A stretch of 64,000 nucleotides of DNA from Phycisphaerae bacterium (GTDB lineage: Bacteria > Planctomycetota > Phycisphaerae > UBA1845). A program made the position numbers and the translations under genes. The stretch spans positions 24,985-88,984 of the forward strand of contig JAJDEA010000130.1 in assembly GCA_029260035.1 (NCBI GenBank), in the 5' to 3' direction. This document shows, one piece after another, positions 41,060 through 51,594 of the stretch. The notes beneath the pieces were generated by a model. The model did no database searches. It had not been told where the DNA came from and saw nothing but the letters and a program-made list of their open reading frames with translations. The first letter of the stretch is position 1. The number at the start of each line of letters is the position of its first letter.

Positions 41060-41865
41060 CGGCAACCACAATGACCCTCAACACCCCCACCCAACATGAC
41101 CCCCTGGTACGCCTCGTGGACATTCACAAGCGTTTCGGCCCACTTGTCGTACTCGAAGGCGTGAACTTGTCACTCAAGGCTGGCGAAACAACAGTCATTA
41201 TTGGTGAATCAGGCGCCGGAAAAAGTGTCATCCTCAAACACATTGTAAGGCTCATTAAGCCTGACCGGGGTGAAGTGCATTTCGGAGGCCAACGCATTGA
41301 CAACATGGCTGAACGCGAGCTCGCTATACTTCGTCCACGATTCGGATTCCTTTTTCAATTGAGCGCCCTGTTTGACTCGATGACCGTCGGAGAAAACGTG
41401 GCCTTCCCAATAGCCGAGCACACAAGGCGAAAGCAAAGTGAAATCGAGGACTCGGTAAGCGAAAAACTGGCTATGGTTGGGCTGGACGGCCTGCAACCGA
41501 AATGGCCTTCCGAGCTTTCCGGCGGACAAAAAAAACGCGTTGCGCTCGCGCGAGCCATTGCGTTGGACCCGGAGTTAATTCTATATGACGAGCCGACCAC
41601 CGGGCTGGACCCACCTCGCGCAGATGAAATCAACGAGTTAATCCTGAAACTCAAAACGGAGCTGGCTGTAACGAGTGTTGTGGTGACGCATGACATGGCC
41701 AGCGCGCTAAAAGTTGCGGATCGAATAGTCATGCTGCGGAAGGGCAAACTCGTCTTTGACGGAACGCCCAAAACGATCATGAAGACAGATAACCCAAGAG
41801 TCCTCGAGTTTGTCGAAGGCCGATGTTCAGACGAAGTGTTGGATAGCTTGCGATCAAAAGGATGA
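41056..41865 (+). CDS. mlaF: MlaF family ABC transporter ATP-binding protein
   Basis: GESGAGKS, FQ..ALFDSMTV.ENV, LSGGQKKRVALARA, YDEPTTGLDP, VTHD; GTGA overlap with mlaE (alternative ATG 41071). Confidence 0.92.
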   Translation: MTATTMTLNTPTQHDPLVRLVDIHKRFGPLVVLEGVNLSLKAGETTVIIGESGAGKSVILKHIVRLIKPDRGEVHFGGQRIDNMAERELAILRPRFGFLFQLSALFDSMTVGENVAFPIAEHTRRKQSEIEDSVSEKLAMVGLDGLQPKWPSELSGGQKKRVALARAIALDPELILYDEPTTGLDPPRADEINELILKLKTELAVTSVVVTHDMASALKVADRIVMLRKGKLVFDGTPKTIMKTDNPRVLEFVEGRCSDEVLDSLRSKG

Positions 41866-41869
41866 TTCC

Positions 41870-43006
41870 ATGAAGGAAGTGACTCGAAACTTTCTTGTCG
41901 GCGTATTTGTACTCGTATCACTGGGCGCGCTTGGCATCTTAATGGTGTGGTTTGGCGAGACCCCAAGCTGGCTCGGTCGTGGCGATTGGGAACTGCGCAT
42001 AACAGGAATCACCCAGCTAAGCGGCGTGAGCGAAGGAAGTCCCGTCCAATTCAACGGCGTCGAAATTGGCAGGGTTACCGCACTTGAATTCGCCGACCTA
42101 CAAAGGCCGGATCGCGGAGTCGATGTCGTGACACTAATCGGCACGCAGTACATTATTCCACAGGGGGCCAAGGCACGCGTATACGGGGCGCTTCTAGGTG
42201 TCGGAATGGGCCGAGTCGATATCGTGGTAGACCCCAACGTATCATCAGGCCCCCTTCCAAAGAAAATGGCAACAATCCCCGGCGAAATGCGTAGCATGAT
42301 CGGCGAACTTGTCACGCGAGATATGATCGAAAACTTCGAACGAACGATTCGACACATCGGTGATTTGACAAGGGAATGGGCACCGGTGGGTACCAACCTA
42401 TCCAGCATGTTGGAGCAGCGAACAGTGACCGATGTTTCTGTACCCGGAGCCGCTGAGCGAGGCTTGACGCCCAACCTCTCTACTGCCGTTGAGCGAATCG
42501 ACGATCTGATGATGAACCTCAATTCAGTACTCGGCGACGAAAACATTCAGGAAGATGCCAAGGAAGTCGTTCGCGACTTGCGCGATACCACGACTGCATT
42601 GAAACGAACCGTTGAATTGTGGGAAACAGAAAGCCGGCACATCTCCAAGAACGTCAACACGGGCATCGAACGTATCGAGAGCAATCTGGAAGGCTCATTC
42701 GCTCGATTGAATGAAGTACTTGAGAATCTGGACGACAGCGCAAAAAGCATATCGAGCGTATTGTATCATGTTTCCAAAGGGGAAGGTTCCGCAGGCTTGC
42801 TTGTTCGAGATGAAAGGCTTTATGAGGCAGCCGTCCTCGCCGTCCAGCGACTCGGTGACGCCATGGGGACGCTGAATCGCTATCTCCGAAAGGTCGAAGA
42901 TGACGGCTATATCGTCGTCGGTCAAGCTCCAACGGGTATCTTGCGTAAGAAGTTTCCAATCACAAGAAACGCGGAACAGAAAACCGGGCAAGCGAACACG
43001 CAATGA
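41870..43006 (+). CDS. mlaD: MlaD/MCE family protein with helical C-terminal extension
   Basis: TM anchor (NFLVGVFV), G...GSPV.FNGVEIGRV, G.GSAGLL..DE.LY. Confidence 0.85.
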   Translation: MKEVTRNFLVGVFVLVSLGALGILMVWFGETPSWLGRGDWELRITGITQLSGVSEGSPVQFNGVEIGRVTALEFADLQRPDRGVDVVTLIGTQYIIPQGAKARVYGALLGVGMGRVDIVVDPNVSSGPLPKKMATIPGEMRSMIGELVTRDMIENFERTIRHIGDLTREWAPVGTNLSSMLEQRTVTDVSVPGAAERGLTPNLSTAVERIDDLMMNLNSVLGDENIQEDAKEVVRDLRDTTTALKRTVELWETESRHISKNVNTGIERIESNLEGSFARLNEVLENLDDSAKSISSVLYHVSKGEGSAGLLVRDERLYEAAVLAVQRLGDAMGTLNRYLRKVEDDGYIVVGQAPTGILRKKFPITRNAEQKTGQANTQ

Positions 43007-43058
43007 ACCGATGCTGCCTTGATGATCTAAACGGCATACTAAAGGTAAAATCGTTTCT

Positions 43059-44393
43059 CTATCCGACGCCCAATTGCGCCCCTTCAACGTTTCGGCGTGA
43101 CAACATAGCGTCAATAATCGACCCAGCGCCAAACGCACCCCACACGACCATCGGCGCCCATGCGGGCATATCCCACACGCCTGTTTCGACGCGCACTTGC
43201 TGCGCTTCGTAATACACGACCATCGCGCAAGCTGCGAAGAGCCAACACATGCGTGCTCGAAAAACACAAAAGCAAATCGCCCACGTCAAATACCATGCGT
43301 GAACGATCGGCATGAGCAAAAGGAGTAACCCTACGACGTCTGACGCATATCGCGAAAAGCTATGCTCACGCCTCGCCAGGGAAAGTACACCAAAAACAAT
43401 AACGCCACCAACCAATCCTCGTTCCACGAACGTATCGAAGTCGACCAAGCCTAGCGTGCCAAGAAGACTGAAGAACTCGCCACTTTGTCCGAATCGCCGT
43501 AAGCTCTCCACAAGGTCCCAGCCGGCCAGGCAATACGGAACATAGGTCAGCGAAAAGGCGATCAATACAACAAGCGTCGCTTTGAAGCTGCGGAACATAA
43601 TCCAGGGAACAAGAACCACCAAAACAAGTTTCGTCGAAATCGACAGCCCCAAAAACACCGCGGCGACGCCAATGTATTTGGTCATGAGTAGTCGTATGCA
43701 CGTTACCGCAAGCAGCAGCATCAAGCTGTCCAAATGACTTTCCATCGCAATGGATGACAAGACAAGCGGGCACAAGCCATAGATCATCGCGCGGTGCGGA
43801 GGCAGCTTCATCGCACGAAGGCACGAACCCAAGACGGCTATCGTCAATAAATCCGCAAGCACTAAGAACACTTTAATAGCCAAGACAGACGGCCAAATCC
43901 ATGTCACAAATAGAAATGTCATTTGCGCGACCGGAGGATAGATAGCTGGATAGTCGCGATGGTTGATCTTGGCCCAGTCATCATCGCGAAGATGCTCCAG
44001 AATGGGATCATCCGGCGAAAGCTCGTATGGGTTAAAGCCCGCGAGTTGAATCCGCCCTTCCCAAACGTATCGATACACATCGTCGCTCGGCTCAGCTTGA
44101 ATCAGGATCACGCGAAGCACGACCGCCCCGACTATCCACCAAGGCCAAGAACCGAGGTGTTTGCTTTGTGCCTTGAGAACAACGCGTACGAGGATTAGAA
44201 AACCTGCAAAGCCGATCAGATACGCCAGCTGAAACAAACGTACGTTACGTTCAACGCCGCCGATAGCAGCCACCAGCACGACAAAAATCAGGAGCAGCAA
44301 CCAGCCGACCACCACTAAACGTGTAATGGACCTACATTTTCCACCTTGGTTGATTGGATCGACTGGCGGAATCGTGATCGTCGTTTTGTTCAA
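43059..44393 (-). CDS. GT-C fold membrane glycosyltransferase (GT87/DUF2029-like)
   Basis: SDDVYRYVWEG, G.NPY, IYPP.AQ, H.D, P.VH.WY; more than 9 TM helices. Confidence 0.8.
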   Translation of the reverse strand: MNKTTITIPPVDPINQGGKCRSITRLVVVGWLLLLIFVVLVAAIGGVERNVRLFQLAYLIGFAGFLILVRVVLKAQSKHLGSWPWWIVGAVVLRVILIQAEPSDDVYRYVWEGRIQLAGFNPYELSPDDPILEHLRDDDWAKINHRDYPAIYPPVAQMTFLFVTWIWPSVLAIKVFLVLADLLTIAVLGSCLRAMKLPPHRAMIYGLCPLVLSSIAMESHLDSLMLLLAVTCIRLLMTKYIGVAAVFLGLSISTKLVLVVLVPWIMFRSFKATLVVLIAFSLTYVPYCLAGWDLVESLRRFGQSGEFFSLLGTLGLVDFDTFVERGLVGGVIVFGVLSLARREHSFSRYASDVVGLLLLLMPIVHAWYLTWAICFCVFRARMCWLFAACAMVVYYEAQQVRVETGVWDMPAWAPMVVWGAFGAGSIIDAMLSRRNVEGAQLGVG

Positions 44394-44508
44394 CGCGAAA
44401 TCACATACAAAGAAGAGACTTGACCACGAGACGTTTCACGCACCGGGTGTAAGCGACACAGGACATGCAAGAGCGTCGGGCAACTCTGAGCTTGCGCCGC
44501 AATCAAAA

Positions 44509-46080
44509 CTACGGCGAAGCGGACGGATCCGTTGCCGGGATGTTTGAGCCCAGCAGCCCGACAACCGGCGCGGGCCTATCCAACGTGACATGTTCACGCC
44601 TGGGTCTGGACATCCATCCTACCACCGTGAACCCGACGGCATACATGAAAAGGAAAAAGCTGAATGCTCGGCTGTACTGCGTGAAATAGATGACAAAGGA
44701 AATCGCCGAATAAATGCCCAGCGCCAACTCGATAATCCACATTTGCCCTTGCATCGTGGCATAACTGGACCGCTGCGCTTGATTCGCATCGCTGCCGGAC
44801 TTCGGAGTGCGAACGAACTCACCGCCGTGAAGATACAACCCACGCACAACGGCAATGGTGTTGTTCACGCACAATCCGCACCCCAGGACAAACATGGATG
44901 GGATCACTCGAAACCCGGACCACCGCCCGCCCAAACTGTATCTCGCATAGGCGTACACCAACGAAGGCGCAAACGCAGCGAACAGAATGAACGACCACGC
45001 CACCCAAAATGTATCATGGGAAAACAAACGCCCTTCGTCGAAAACCAAGAGCATAGGCCTTGCAACGAGCGCCAACAGCAGCATCCAAAGAGCTACTGAA
45101 TAGTGCGTAAGATGCAGTGCCGCCTCCAGCTTTTGCGCAAATGATAATTTTGCACGCCATATCCTTGGCAGCAATTTCACGGCAACCTGAATGGAACCCG
45201 TCGCCCATCGACGTTGTTGGCTCTTCAGCGCGCTGATGGTGCCGGGTAGTTCCGCCGGACAACCCATTTCCAGGCAATAATCAATCCGCCAACCCGCAAG
45301 CTGAGCGCGGTAAGAAAGGTCCAGGTCTTCCGTAAGCGTATCACCACTCCAGCCTCCGACAGCTGGATCATCAATGGCGGACTTTCGCCAAACCCCCGCC
45401 GTGCCGTTGAAGTTCATCATCAAGCCGTTCCACGCGCGTGCTCCCTGCTCGATCGCAAAATGGCCGTCGATCCCGAGCGCTTGCGCTTTAGTGAGCCAGG
45501 ATTCGTCTTGGTTGAGGTGTTCCCACCGCCCCTGCATACATGCAATCCCTTCATCCTCTTCGAGCAGAGGGACAGCTTTGTGCAAAAACCCGGCTGGCGG
45601 AACGAAGTCGGCATCGAAAACAGCAACATACTGCCCGCGAGCCATCGCCAATCCATGCGCCAATGCGCCCGCCTTATAGCCTTCTCGCGTCGGCCGGCGA
45701 ACGACCCTCACATCGATTCCTGCCGATTGAAGTTCCCGCGCGACCCCATCGATTAGCACGCGCGTATGGTCCGTACTATCGTCGAGCACTTGGATTTCGT
45801 GTTTGGCTGCTGGATAATCCATTGCAGCCACAGCTCGAATCACCCGCACCGCAACATCCGCTTCATTGTATATGGGGATTTGGCTGGTAACGACAGGCCA
45901 GCTTTCGCGGTCGCTATTGCGCAGGAAGCTCTCGATAACCGAACTTTGGGTCTCGCACTTCTCGCCCTTCCGACGGCGAAAGAGCACTAGCAGCACATAA
46001 AGGTGTAGCCCGTAGACGGCCAAAGTAGCTGTTGCAACGCCAAAAACGACAAGAACAACCCAGAAAAATATCTCGTTCAA
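44509..46080 (-). CDS. GT2 cellulose-synthase-like glycosyltransferase
   Basis: QIPIYNE, QVLDDSTD, GYKAGAL, FDADF, FNGTAG.WR, TEDLDLS, QQRRW, F.RTPK; C-terminal TM helices. Confidence 0.9.
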   Translation of the reverse strand: MNEIFFWVVLVVFGVATATLAVYGLHLYVLLVLFRRRKGEKCETQSSVIESFLRNSDRESWPVVTSQIPIYNEADVAVRVIRAVAAMDYPAAKHEIQVLDDSTDHTRVLIDGVARELQSAGIDVRVVRRPTREGYKAGALAHGLAMARGQYVAVFDADFVPPAGFLHKAVPLLEEDEGIACMQGRWEHLNQDESWLTKAQALGIDGHFAIEQGARAWNGLMMNFNGTAGVWRKSAIDDPAVGGWSGDTLTEDLDLSYRAQLAGWRIDYCLEMGCPAELPGTISALKSQQRRWATGSIQVAVKLLPRIWRAKLSFAQKLEAALHLTHYSVALWMLLLALVARPMLLVFDEGRLFSHDTFWVAWSFILFAAFAPSLVYAYARYSLGGRWSGFRVIPSMFVLGCGLCVNNTIAVVRGLYLHGGEFVRTPKSGSDANQAQRSSYATMQGQMWIIELALGIYSAISFVIYFTQYSRAFSFFLFMYAVGFTVVGWMSRPRREHVTLDRPAPVVGLLGSNIPATDPSASP

Positions 46081-46324
46081 GGAACTTTCCTATTTGTTTT
46101 TCCTGCGACCGCCCCCGACTCCACACCTGAGGAGCACAATCGCGCATCTCGATGGCCCAGCCGCGCCGAATTCCGCTGAGCAAACACCCGCTTTATCGCG
46201 TCAGTGTATATCCACATACCCATAAACGCCAATAACCGCCTGTTGATTCCCAAGCCGGAACTGGATATTCGCTCGCTGACAATTTCCGAATACGCATGCA
46301 GGACGCCCCGAAATGGCCTGTGGT

Positions 46325-46354
46325 TTGACAGCTCGGAAACGGCATCCCTAAAAT
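46325..46354 (+). promoter_or_regulatory. Putative sigma70 promoter upstream of lpxD
   Basis: TTGACA-18 nt-TAAAAT, about 165 nt upstream of the lpxD start. Confidence 0.5.
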
Positions 46355-46518
46355 GCCCATATGGTAGATTTCTGATCCAACCCGGTTACGCCTGAGCTTG
46401 GCGTGCGATGGAATCCACATGAGCTTGCCCCGCAGACATTCGCACAAAGGCTGGGCTATGGCATCGACCGAAAGCGGTATCAAACGAACCGCGGCGCCCT
46501 TTCCAATGAGAAACAACC

Positions 46519-47571
46519 TTGGCAGAAAAACAACTCAGCGAACTTTGTAAGATTTTATCAGATCAAGGATTTGACGCTCGACTTGAAGGCAAAGATTGCG
46601 CCGTCCATGCGGTCAACACACTCGAAGGCGCCAAGTCCGGCGAGATCACCTTCCTAGCCAATCCGAAGTATGAGTCCGCTGTTGCCCAGACCCGCGCTTC
46701 TGCAGTCATTCTGAAAGATGACCTCGATGTGCCCGCCGGGCTTTCCGCAATTCGGTGCGCTGAGCCGTATGCAGCCGTTACGCTTGCCATCATCACGCTT
46801 CACGGCTATCGCAAACACCCGCAATGGGGCAAGAGCGAGAGCGCGGAGATTCACGCAAGCGCGAACATCGGCGCCAATGCGAATATCGCTGCTGGCGTGA
46901 CCATAGCCGCAGACGTGACCATCGGTGACAACTGCACAATCTATCCGGGGTGCTATGTCGCCGAGGGGACACAAATCGGGCATGACTGCATCCTCTTTCC
47001 AAACGTGGTCATCTACGATCGTTGTGAGGTCGGCCATCGCGTCACGATTCATGCAGGCTCGGTCGTCGGCGAAGACGGGCTGGGCTATGCACCATACGAA
47101 GGTAAGTGGATCAAAATTCCACAGGTCGGACGCGCCGTTCTAGGTGACGATGTCGAAATCGGTGCAAACTGCACGATCGATCGAGCCACGCTTGGCCAAA
47201 CGGAAATCGGATCAGGAACAAAATTCGGCAACATCGTAGTCGTTGGCCATGGCACAAAAATTGGCAAGGATTGCATGTTCGTTGGCCTGGTCGGGCTGGC
47301 TGGCTCGGCCAACGTCGGCAATCATGTCACGATTGCAGGCCAAGCGGGCGTCGCAGGACATGTACACGTTGGCGACGATGTAACCGTAGCAGGCCAGTCG
47401 GGCGTCACCAGCGACATCAAGCCCGGCATGACCGTCTTAGGCCTCCCCGCAGAAGATGCCCGCGACACCAAGCGAGTCATGGCTGCCACCAAGAAACTCC
47501 CAGCACTCATCAAACGCCTGCAAGCATTGGAGAACGAGGTGAAAGAACTACGGGGCAAGTTGGAGAAGTAG
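46519..47571 (+). CDS. lpxD: UDP-3-O-(3-hydroxyacyl)glucosamine N-acyltransferase
   Basis: ITFLANPKY, hexapeptide repeats, KIPQVG, DDVEIGAN.TIDRA, IAGQAGVAGH; TTG start. Confidence 0.95.
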   Translation: MAEKQLSELCKILSDQGFDARLEGKDCAVHAVNTLEGAKSGEITFLANPKYESAVAQTRASAVILKDDLDVPAGLSAIRCAEPYAAVTLAIITLHGYRKHPQWGKSESAEIHASANIGANANIAAGVTIAADVTIGDNCTIYPGCYVAEGTQIGHDCILFPNVVIYDRCEVGHRVTIHAGSVVGEDGLGYAPYEGKWIKIPQVGRAVLGDDVEIGANCTIDRATLGQTEIGSGTKFGNIVVVGHGTKIGKDCMFVGLVGLAGSANVGNHVTIAGQAGVAGHVHVGDDVTVAGQSGVTSDIKPGMTVLGLPAEDARDTKRVMAATKKLPALIKRLQALENEVKELRGKLEK

Positions 47572-47734
47572 GCATCGGAAAGACGGCTCGACGGATTTCC
47601 TTTGACGTTTCGTATTGAGACTTTGGAACGTCAATTATTCGTCATCATGGTTGCAGAAACAGGTTAATCGCGTCGCCCATACAATTGGTACCTTGAGCAT
47701 CGTTAGCCTTGTTATTCTGAAGCCTCGTGAAATT

Positions 47735-48100
47735 ATGAACATTGAATACAATGATGACAACGAGTTGGGCAATTACATTTGTAGGCACTATTGGGAATTG
47801 CTTACAGAGTCTGAGAAGGCGACCTATAAAGCGTCACATGCACGTCAAAAAATGGACAATTGTGACTCTCCGAATTCCGCGCTACGAGCGAAGATTGGCG
47901 AACGATGGGCGCACTTGGACGACCCGCTTATCAATAACGCCCTACGCGATGGACATGCCGCTTTTCGCAATAATGTGGCCAAACGAGTCTTGGCAGAGCA
48001 AGGGAGCCGTGTATTCATAAACCGGTGCCCTGAGTGCAATCGAATCGTACGAACACCAAAGGCAAAGCAGTGTTTCTGGTGCGGTTTTGATTGGCACTGA
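47735..48100 (+). CDS. Hypothetical protein with C-terminal zinc-ribbon (CPEC...CFWC)
   Basis: ORF ending INRCPECNRIVRTPKAKQCFWCGFDWH; AT-richer 5' half. Confidence 0.7.
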   Translation: MNIEYNDDNELGNYICRHYWELLTESEKATYKASHARQKMDNCDSPNSALRAKIGERWAHLDDPLINNALRDGHAAFRNNVAKRVLAEQGSRVFINRCPECNRIVRTPKAKQCFWCGFDWH

Positions 48101-48134
48101 ACAGGTTGCGCGCAGTTCCTCCCTCAGAATAAGT

Positions 48135-48157
48135 GGTGCGTCCGGGACGCACCCTAC
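48135..48157 (-). repeat. GTAG-type REP-like palindrome
   Basis: Minus strand reads GTAG-GGTGCGTCC-C-GGACGCACC: a perfect 9-bp inverted repeat directly preceded by GTAG; single copy in the window. Confidence 0.5.
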
Positions 48158-48457
48158 CGGCTAACCAAGTCGACAAACGTAGTCCGCATAAAAACCGGCA
48201 GAGAAAAATCGACAGCGCTTTGCCTATCTTCCCATCAAATCGTATGCTCAAACTTGGTCACGTTTGTCAATTGCTGAAACGGGGCTCAATCACATCCAGC
48301 AAGGTAAGAAGCAAGTTACCGGACAATCTTGATGAACACGTCCGGTATCGTTTTTCGGATGAAAGGTGTCGGAGCACCTCAAACATTGATGGCTTCAAGA
48401 GCCGTCGCCAATTGTTGACAATTGCAGCCGCCTGGTCAGAGAGAGGGGAAAAGGGAC

Positions 48458-49660
48458 ATGATTCTTCAAGGTCGATTAGCGCGCTTGAGCAATCGCCGAC
48501 GCGGTGTCGTTGCCGTTCAAGTCACTGTTATATTGGTGCTCATATTGGGGTTCGCAGCCTTTACGGTCGACATTGGCGCCTTGTATAACGCCCGCGCCGA
48601 CTTGCAAAAGGCTGCGGATGCAGCAGCACTTGCTGGCGTATCCATTCTTACTTCCGACGAGATGATGCGCGTGCGCGCAGGAACGGGGGATACAGGCAGC
48701 ATGGGCTCGTTATTAACGATAGCCAAAAGTCGTGTCGACACCGTCTCACCTCTCAACCCTTCTTATGGCTCGCCCGGAATGTACATCGAACCGGCAGACA
48801 TGGTACCGGGATGGATCGACATGACATCCAATTCGTCCGCCATTCAGACGGGCGGCTTGGAGGAAAACTATACTGCCATTTCGGTGACTGCACGCCGGAC
48901 AGCTGAAGCTTCTAATGGTGCCGTTCAGTTCCTGTTCGCCCCCGTGCTTGGCTCCACCTTCGGTGAGACAACTGCCACTGCGACAGCCGTGTTCGATGAT
49001 CGGTTTGGTGGCGTTAGGGTCACTCAAACCGGAGCTGGCCTCTTGCCGTTTACGATTCACAAAGATGCTTTCGCATCGGAACTTACTCAGGGCGGTGACC
49101 AATACAGCTATAACGAGGGCGCAAACGCCGTTGATGGCACTTCCGACGGAATTCGCGAGATCCGACTATATCCGTACCCTTTGTCAGGCTCTGGATACAG
49201 TGAAGGCGATGGCAACTTCGGCGTACTCAATATCGGGACGGGAAATCAAGGAGTAGACGCCGAGGTCGTACAAATCCAGAACGGGGTCTCGGCGGGCGAT
49301 ATGGAGTCTGAAGTTGGAACGTCAATTCTGACGTTTCACGACGACGCTGGTTATGCTTCCACTTATGACATAACCGGCAGCCCCGGCTTGGAGGCGACAT
49401 TGAAGTCCGCGCTTTCCGACAAAGTTGGCGAGGTCGTTGGATTCTTTCTACACGACAACGTCGTTCTATCCGGGGCCAACGCCACCTATCGAGTCACGGG
49501 GCTTCGATACGGCAGAGTCATGGCGATTAAACTGACGGGCCCACCAAACAAAAGGGGGTTCTTCATTCAGCCCACGTCTTATGTTGGTTCCGAAATTACC
49601 GTTCACGAGGACGCCCCAAGCAGCGGGGGCTTGCTCGGACGCATTGTGATTGCGCGTTAG
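48458..49660 (+). CDS. TadG/Tad-domain pilus-associated protein
   Basis: RRRG|VVAV pseudopilin-like N-terminus, VDIG.LY..R..LQ.AADAAALAG, GNFG.L. Confidence 0.82.
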   Translation: MILQGRLARLSNRRRGVVAVQVTVILVLILGFAAFTVDIGALYNARADLQKAADAAALAGVSILTSDEMMRVRAGTGDTGSMGSLLTIAKSRVDTVSPLNPSYGSPGMYIEPADMVPGWIDMTSNSSAIQTGGLEENYTAISVTARRTAEASNGAVQFLFAPVLGSTFGETTATATAVFDDRFGGVRVTQTGAGLLPFTIHKDAFASELTQGGDQYSYNEGANAVDGTSDGIREIRLYPYPLSGSGYSEGDGNFGVLNIGTGNQGVDAEVVQIQNGVSAGDMESEVGTSILTFHDDAGYASTYDITGSPGLEATLKSALSDKVGEVVGFFLHDNVVLSGANATYRVTGLRYGRVMAIKLTGPPNKRGFFIQPTSYVGSEITVHEDAPSSGGLLGRIVIAR

Positions 49661-49825
49661 GCAAACCTGTTCGGCTGAGCCGTACCCAAGCGGTAAAGAT
49701 CGTAGTAGGATAGAAATCAACGATTGGTAGACAAGCACGTTTTTACTCGTAAATATGGGCTAATCAGCGATCCACTTGGCCGTTAGCTACGATGGCTTTG
49801 ATGGCTCTGTACAGGGCCGAGGAGA

Positions 49826-51373
49826 ATGAGGATGGTTCGCAGGGGCAGGTACGCAGTTGGTTTTGTCGTTTGCTTGATACTCAGCGTTGCATCCATTCGT
49901 TGCAACAACGGTTCCTCGGCTCCTCCGCTGAGCGACGGGATGGCAGATACGACAGAGCCAGGAGCAACATCCGTTGGCACCGGATCTTTGCGGGTTCTCA
50001 TAACGGACAAGCCGTTTCCGATTCAATTTATAGAAAAAGCACTGGTAACCATAACGCGTGTTGAGGTCAGGCGAGATGAGTCGTCGCCCCTCGCAAGTTG
50101 TAGCCCAATTCGTTGCGTTGATGGCGCATGCATATCCGTTCCGGCTGACTGCGATGACGCCGACCCGTGTACGCTAGACGATTGTGATCCAACGAGCGGC
50201 CTCTGCGTCAATAACGATATCGTTTGCGGTGTGGACGAGGTCTGCGTAACTGGTTCGTGTGCATCTACATGCGGGCAGGATTCGGATTGCGACGATGGGA
50301 ATGCCTGTACTACAGAGACCTGCAGCAACGGCGCGTGCCGATACTCAGATGTAACGTGCGATGACGGGGACACATGTACGATCGATACTTGCGACTCGAC
50401 GACGGGCGTCTGCTCAACCACTCCACTTGCATGTCCCGCCGGTAAGGTTTGCGCCAATGGCGAATGTGTGATCACTTGTTCCGATGCTTCCGATTGCGAT
50501 GACAGCAACCTATGTACGGCTGATTCGTGCCTCAACAACGGCTGTCAAAACATTGCGGCTGATTGCGATGACAGTGATGAATGCACACTCGATTCGTGCG
50601 ATGTTTCGACCGGTGATTGCATCACTGATCCAGTTGTTTGCAGTATGGACGAAACCTGTTCTGCAGGAAGCTGTTACCCGTCTTGTGAAATTGACAGTGA
50701 CTGCGAAAGCAACAATGACGAAGATGACGATGGTTCTTTTATTGTCATTTTTGAGGGCGAGGAAGCATTCAACCTACTGGAGTTGCAGAACGGCCGCACT
50801 GACCTCCTTGCGATGGCGGACGTTCCTGCCGGCCTGTATACGCAAATGCGTTTGATTGTTACTGGCGGAGAGTTGACGTTGACAGATGGGCGCGTTTTCC
50901 CTCTGAAGGTACCAAGTGGGTCGCAAAGTGGCATCAAACTCAATTTTTCCTTTGACATTGAGAATGATGTCGAGACGACGCTCCTCTTGGACGTTGACTT
51001 GAGCAGAGCTTTTCAACCCATTCCGGGTGGTCGAATTGACGAGGTCGATGGAATACGCAACTTCAAGTTTTCGCCGTCATTAGCTATGAAGCTAATCGAC
51101 TTGGTTGATGCAGGCAGCGTGAGCGGGTTGGTGACCGATCCAACCGGTATCCCACTCGAAAACGTGGTCGTCACTGCCTTTCTTGACGGCGCGGATGTCG
51201 GCAGCACTGCAACGGAAGCGGATGGAAGTTTCACACTGGTTGGCCTTCTGGCCGGTGTGTACGACATTGAGTTCTCTCTGGTCGGCTACGACGATGCCAG
51301 TGTTGTCGGGGTGGATGTGACGGCAGGTGAAACAACCGATGATGTAGACGTTGTTCTGACTCCAACTCCGTAA
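49826..51373 (+). CDS. Exported DUF4382 protein with inserted Cys-rich repeats and C-terminal carboxypeptidase-regulatory-like domain
   Basis: [46 protein letters not shown]; CDD.D.CT.D.C repeats; G.VSG.VTD...T.ADGSF.L.GL.AG.Y. Confidence 0.8.
   Translation: MRMVRRGRYAVGFVVCLILSVASIRCNNGSSAPPLSDGMADTTEPGATSVGTGSLRVLITDKPFPIQFIEKALVTITRVEVRRDESSPLASCSPIRCVDGACISVPADCDDADPCTLDDCDPTSGLCVNNDIVCGVDEVCVTGSCASTCGQDSDCDDGNACTTETCSNGACRYSDVTCDDGDTCTIDTCDSTTGVCSTTPLACPAGKVCANGECVITCSDASDCDDSNLCTADSCLNNGCQNIAADCDDSDECTLDSCDVSTGDCITDPVVCSMDETCSAGSCYPSCEIDSDCESNNDEDDDGSFIVIFEGEEAFNLLELQNGRTDLLAMADVPAGLYTQMRLIVTGGELTLTDGRVFPLKVPSGSQSGIKLNFSFDIENDVETTLLLDVDLSRAFQPIPGGRIDEVDGIRNFKFSPSLAMKLIDLVDAGSVSGLVTDPTGIPLENVVVTAFLDGADVGSTATEADGSFTLVGLLAGVYDIEFSLVGYDDASVVGVDVTAGETTDDVDVVLTPTP
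50114..50734 (+). repeat. In-frame tandem repeat, 207-nt/69-aa period, about 3 copies, 12 Cys per full unit
   Basis: Units start at 50114, 50321 and 50528 with identical Cys spacing; the third unit ends in an acidic tail. Confidence 0.85.
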
Positions 51374-51594
51374 CGAATTCTGTATGTCCAATGGCGCAAC
51401 TGTAACGTGCCGAGCTGAAAGAACACCAAACGTCAGGGCGGCTGCGCGTACATCAAGCCGCCACACCCTTTCGAACGTTCATGACCATCCGCAATGGTGC
51501 AGAAATTTGCGGTCGCACGATAATTCTTTATAGTGAAATCGCCCCATCGCAGGGCCGTGCATCTTCGGTAGGCTCAGCATCCATGTAGCGTATT

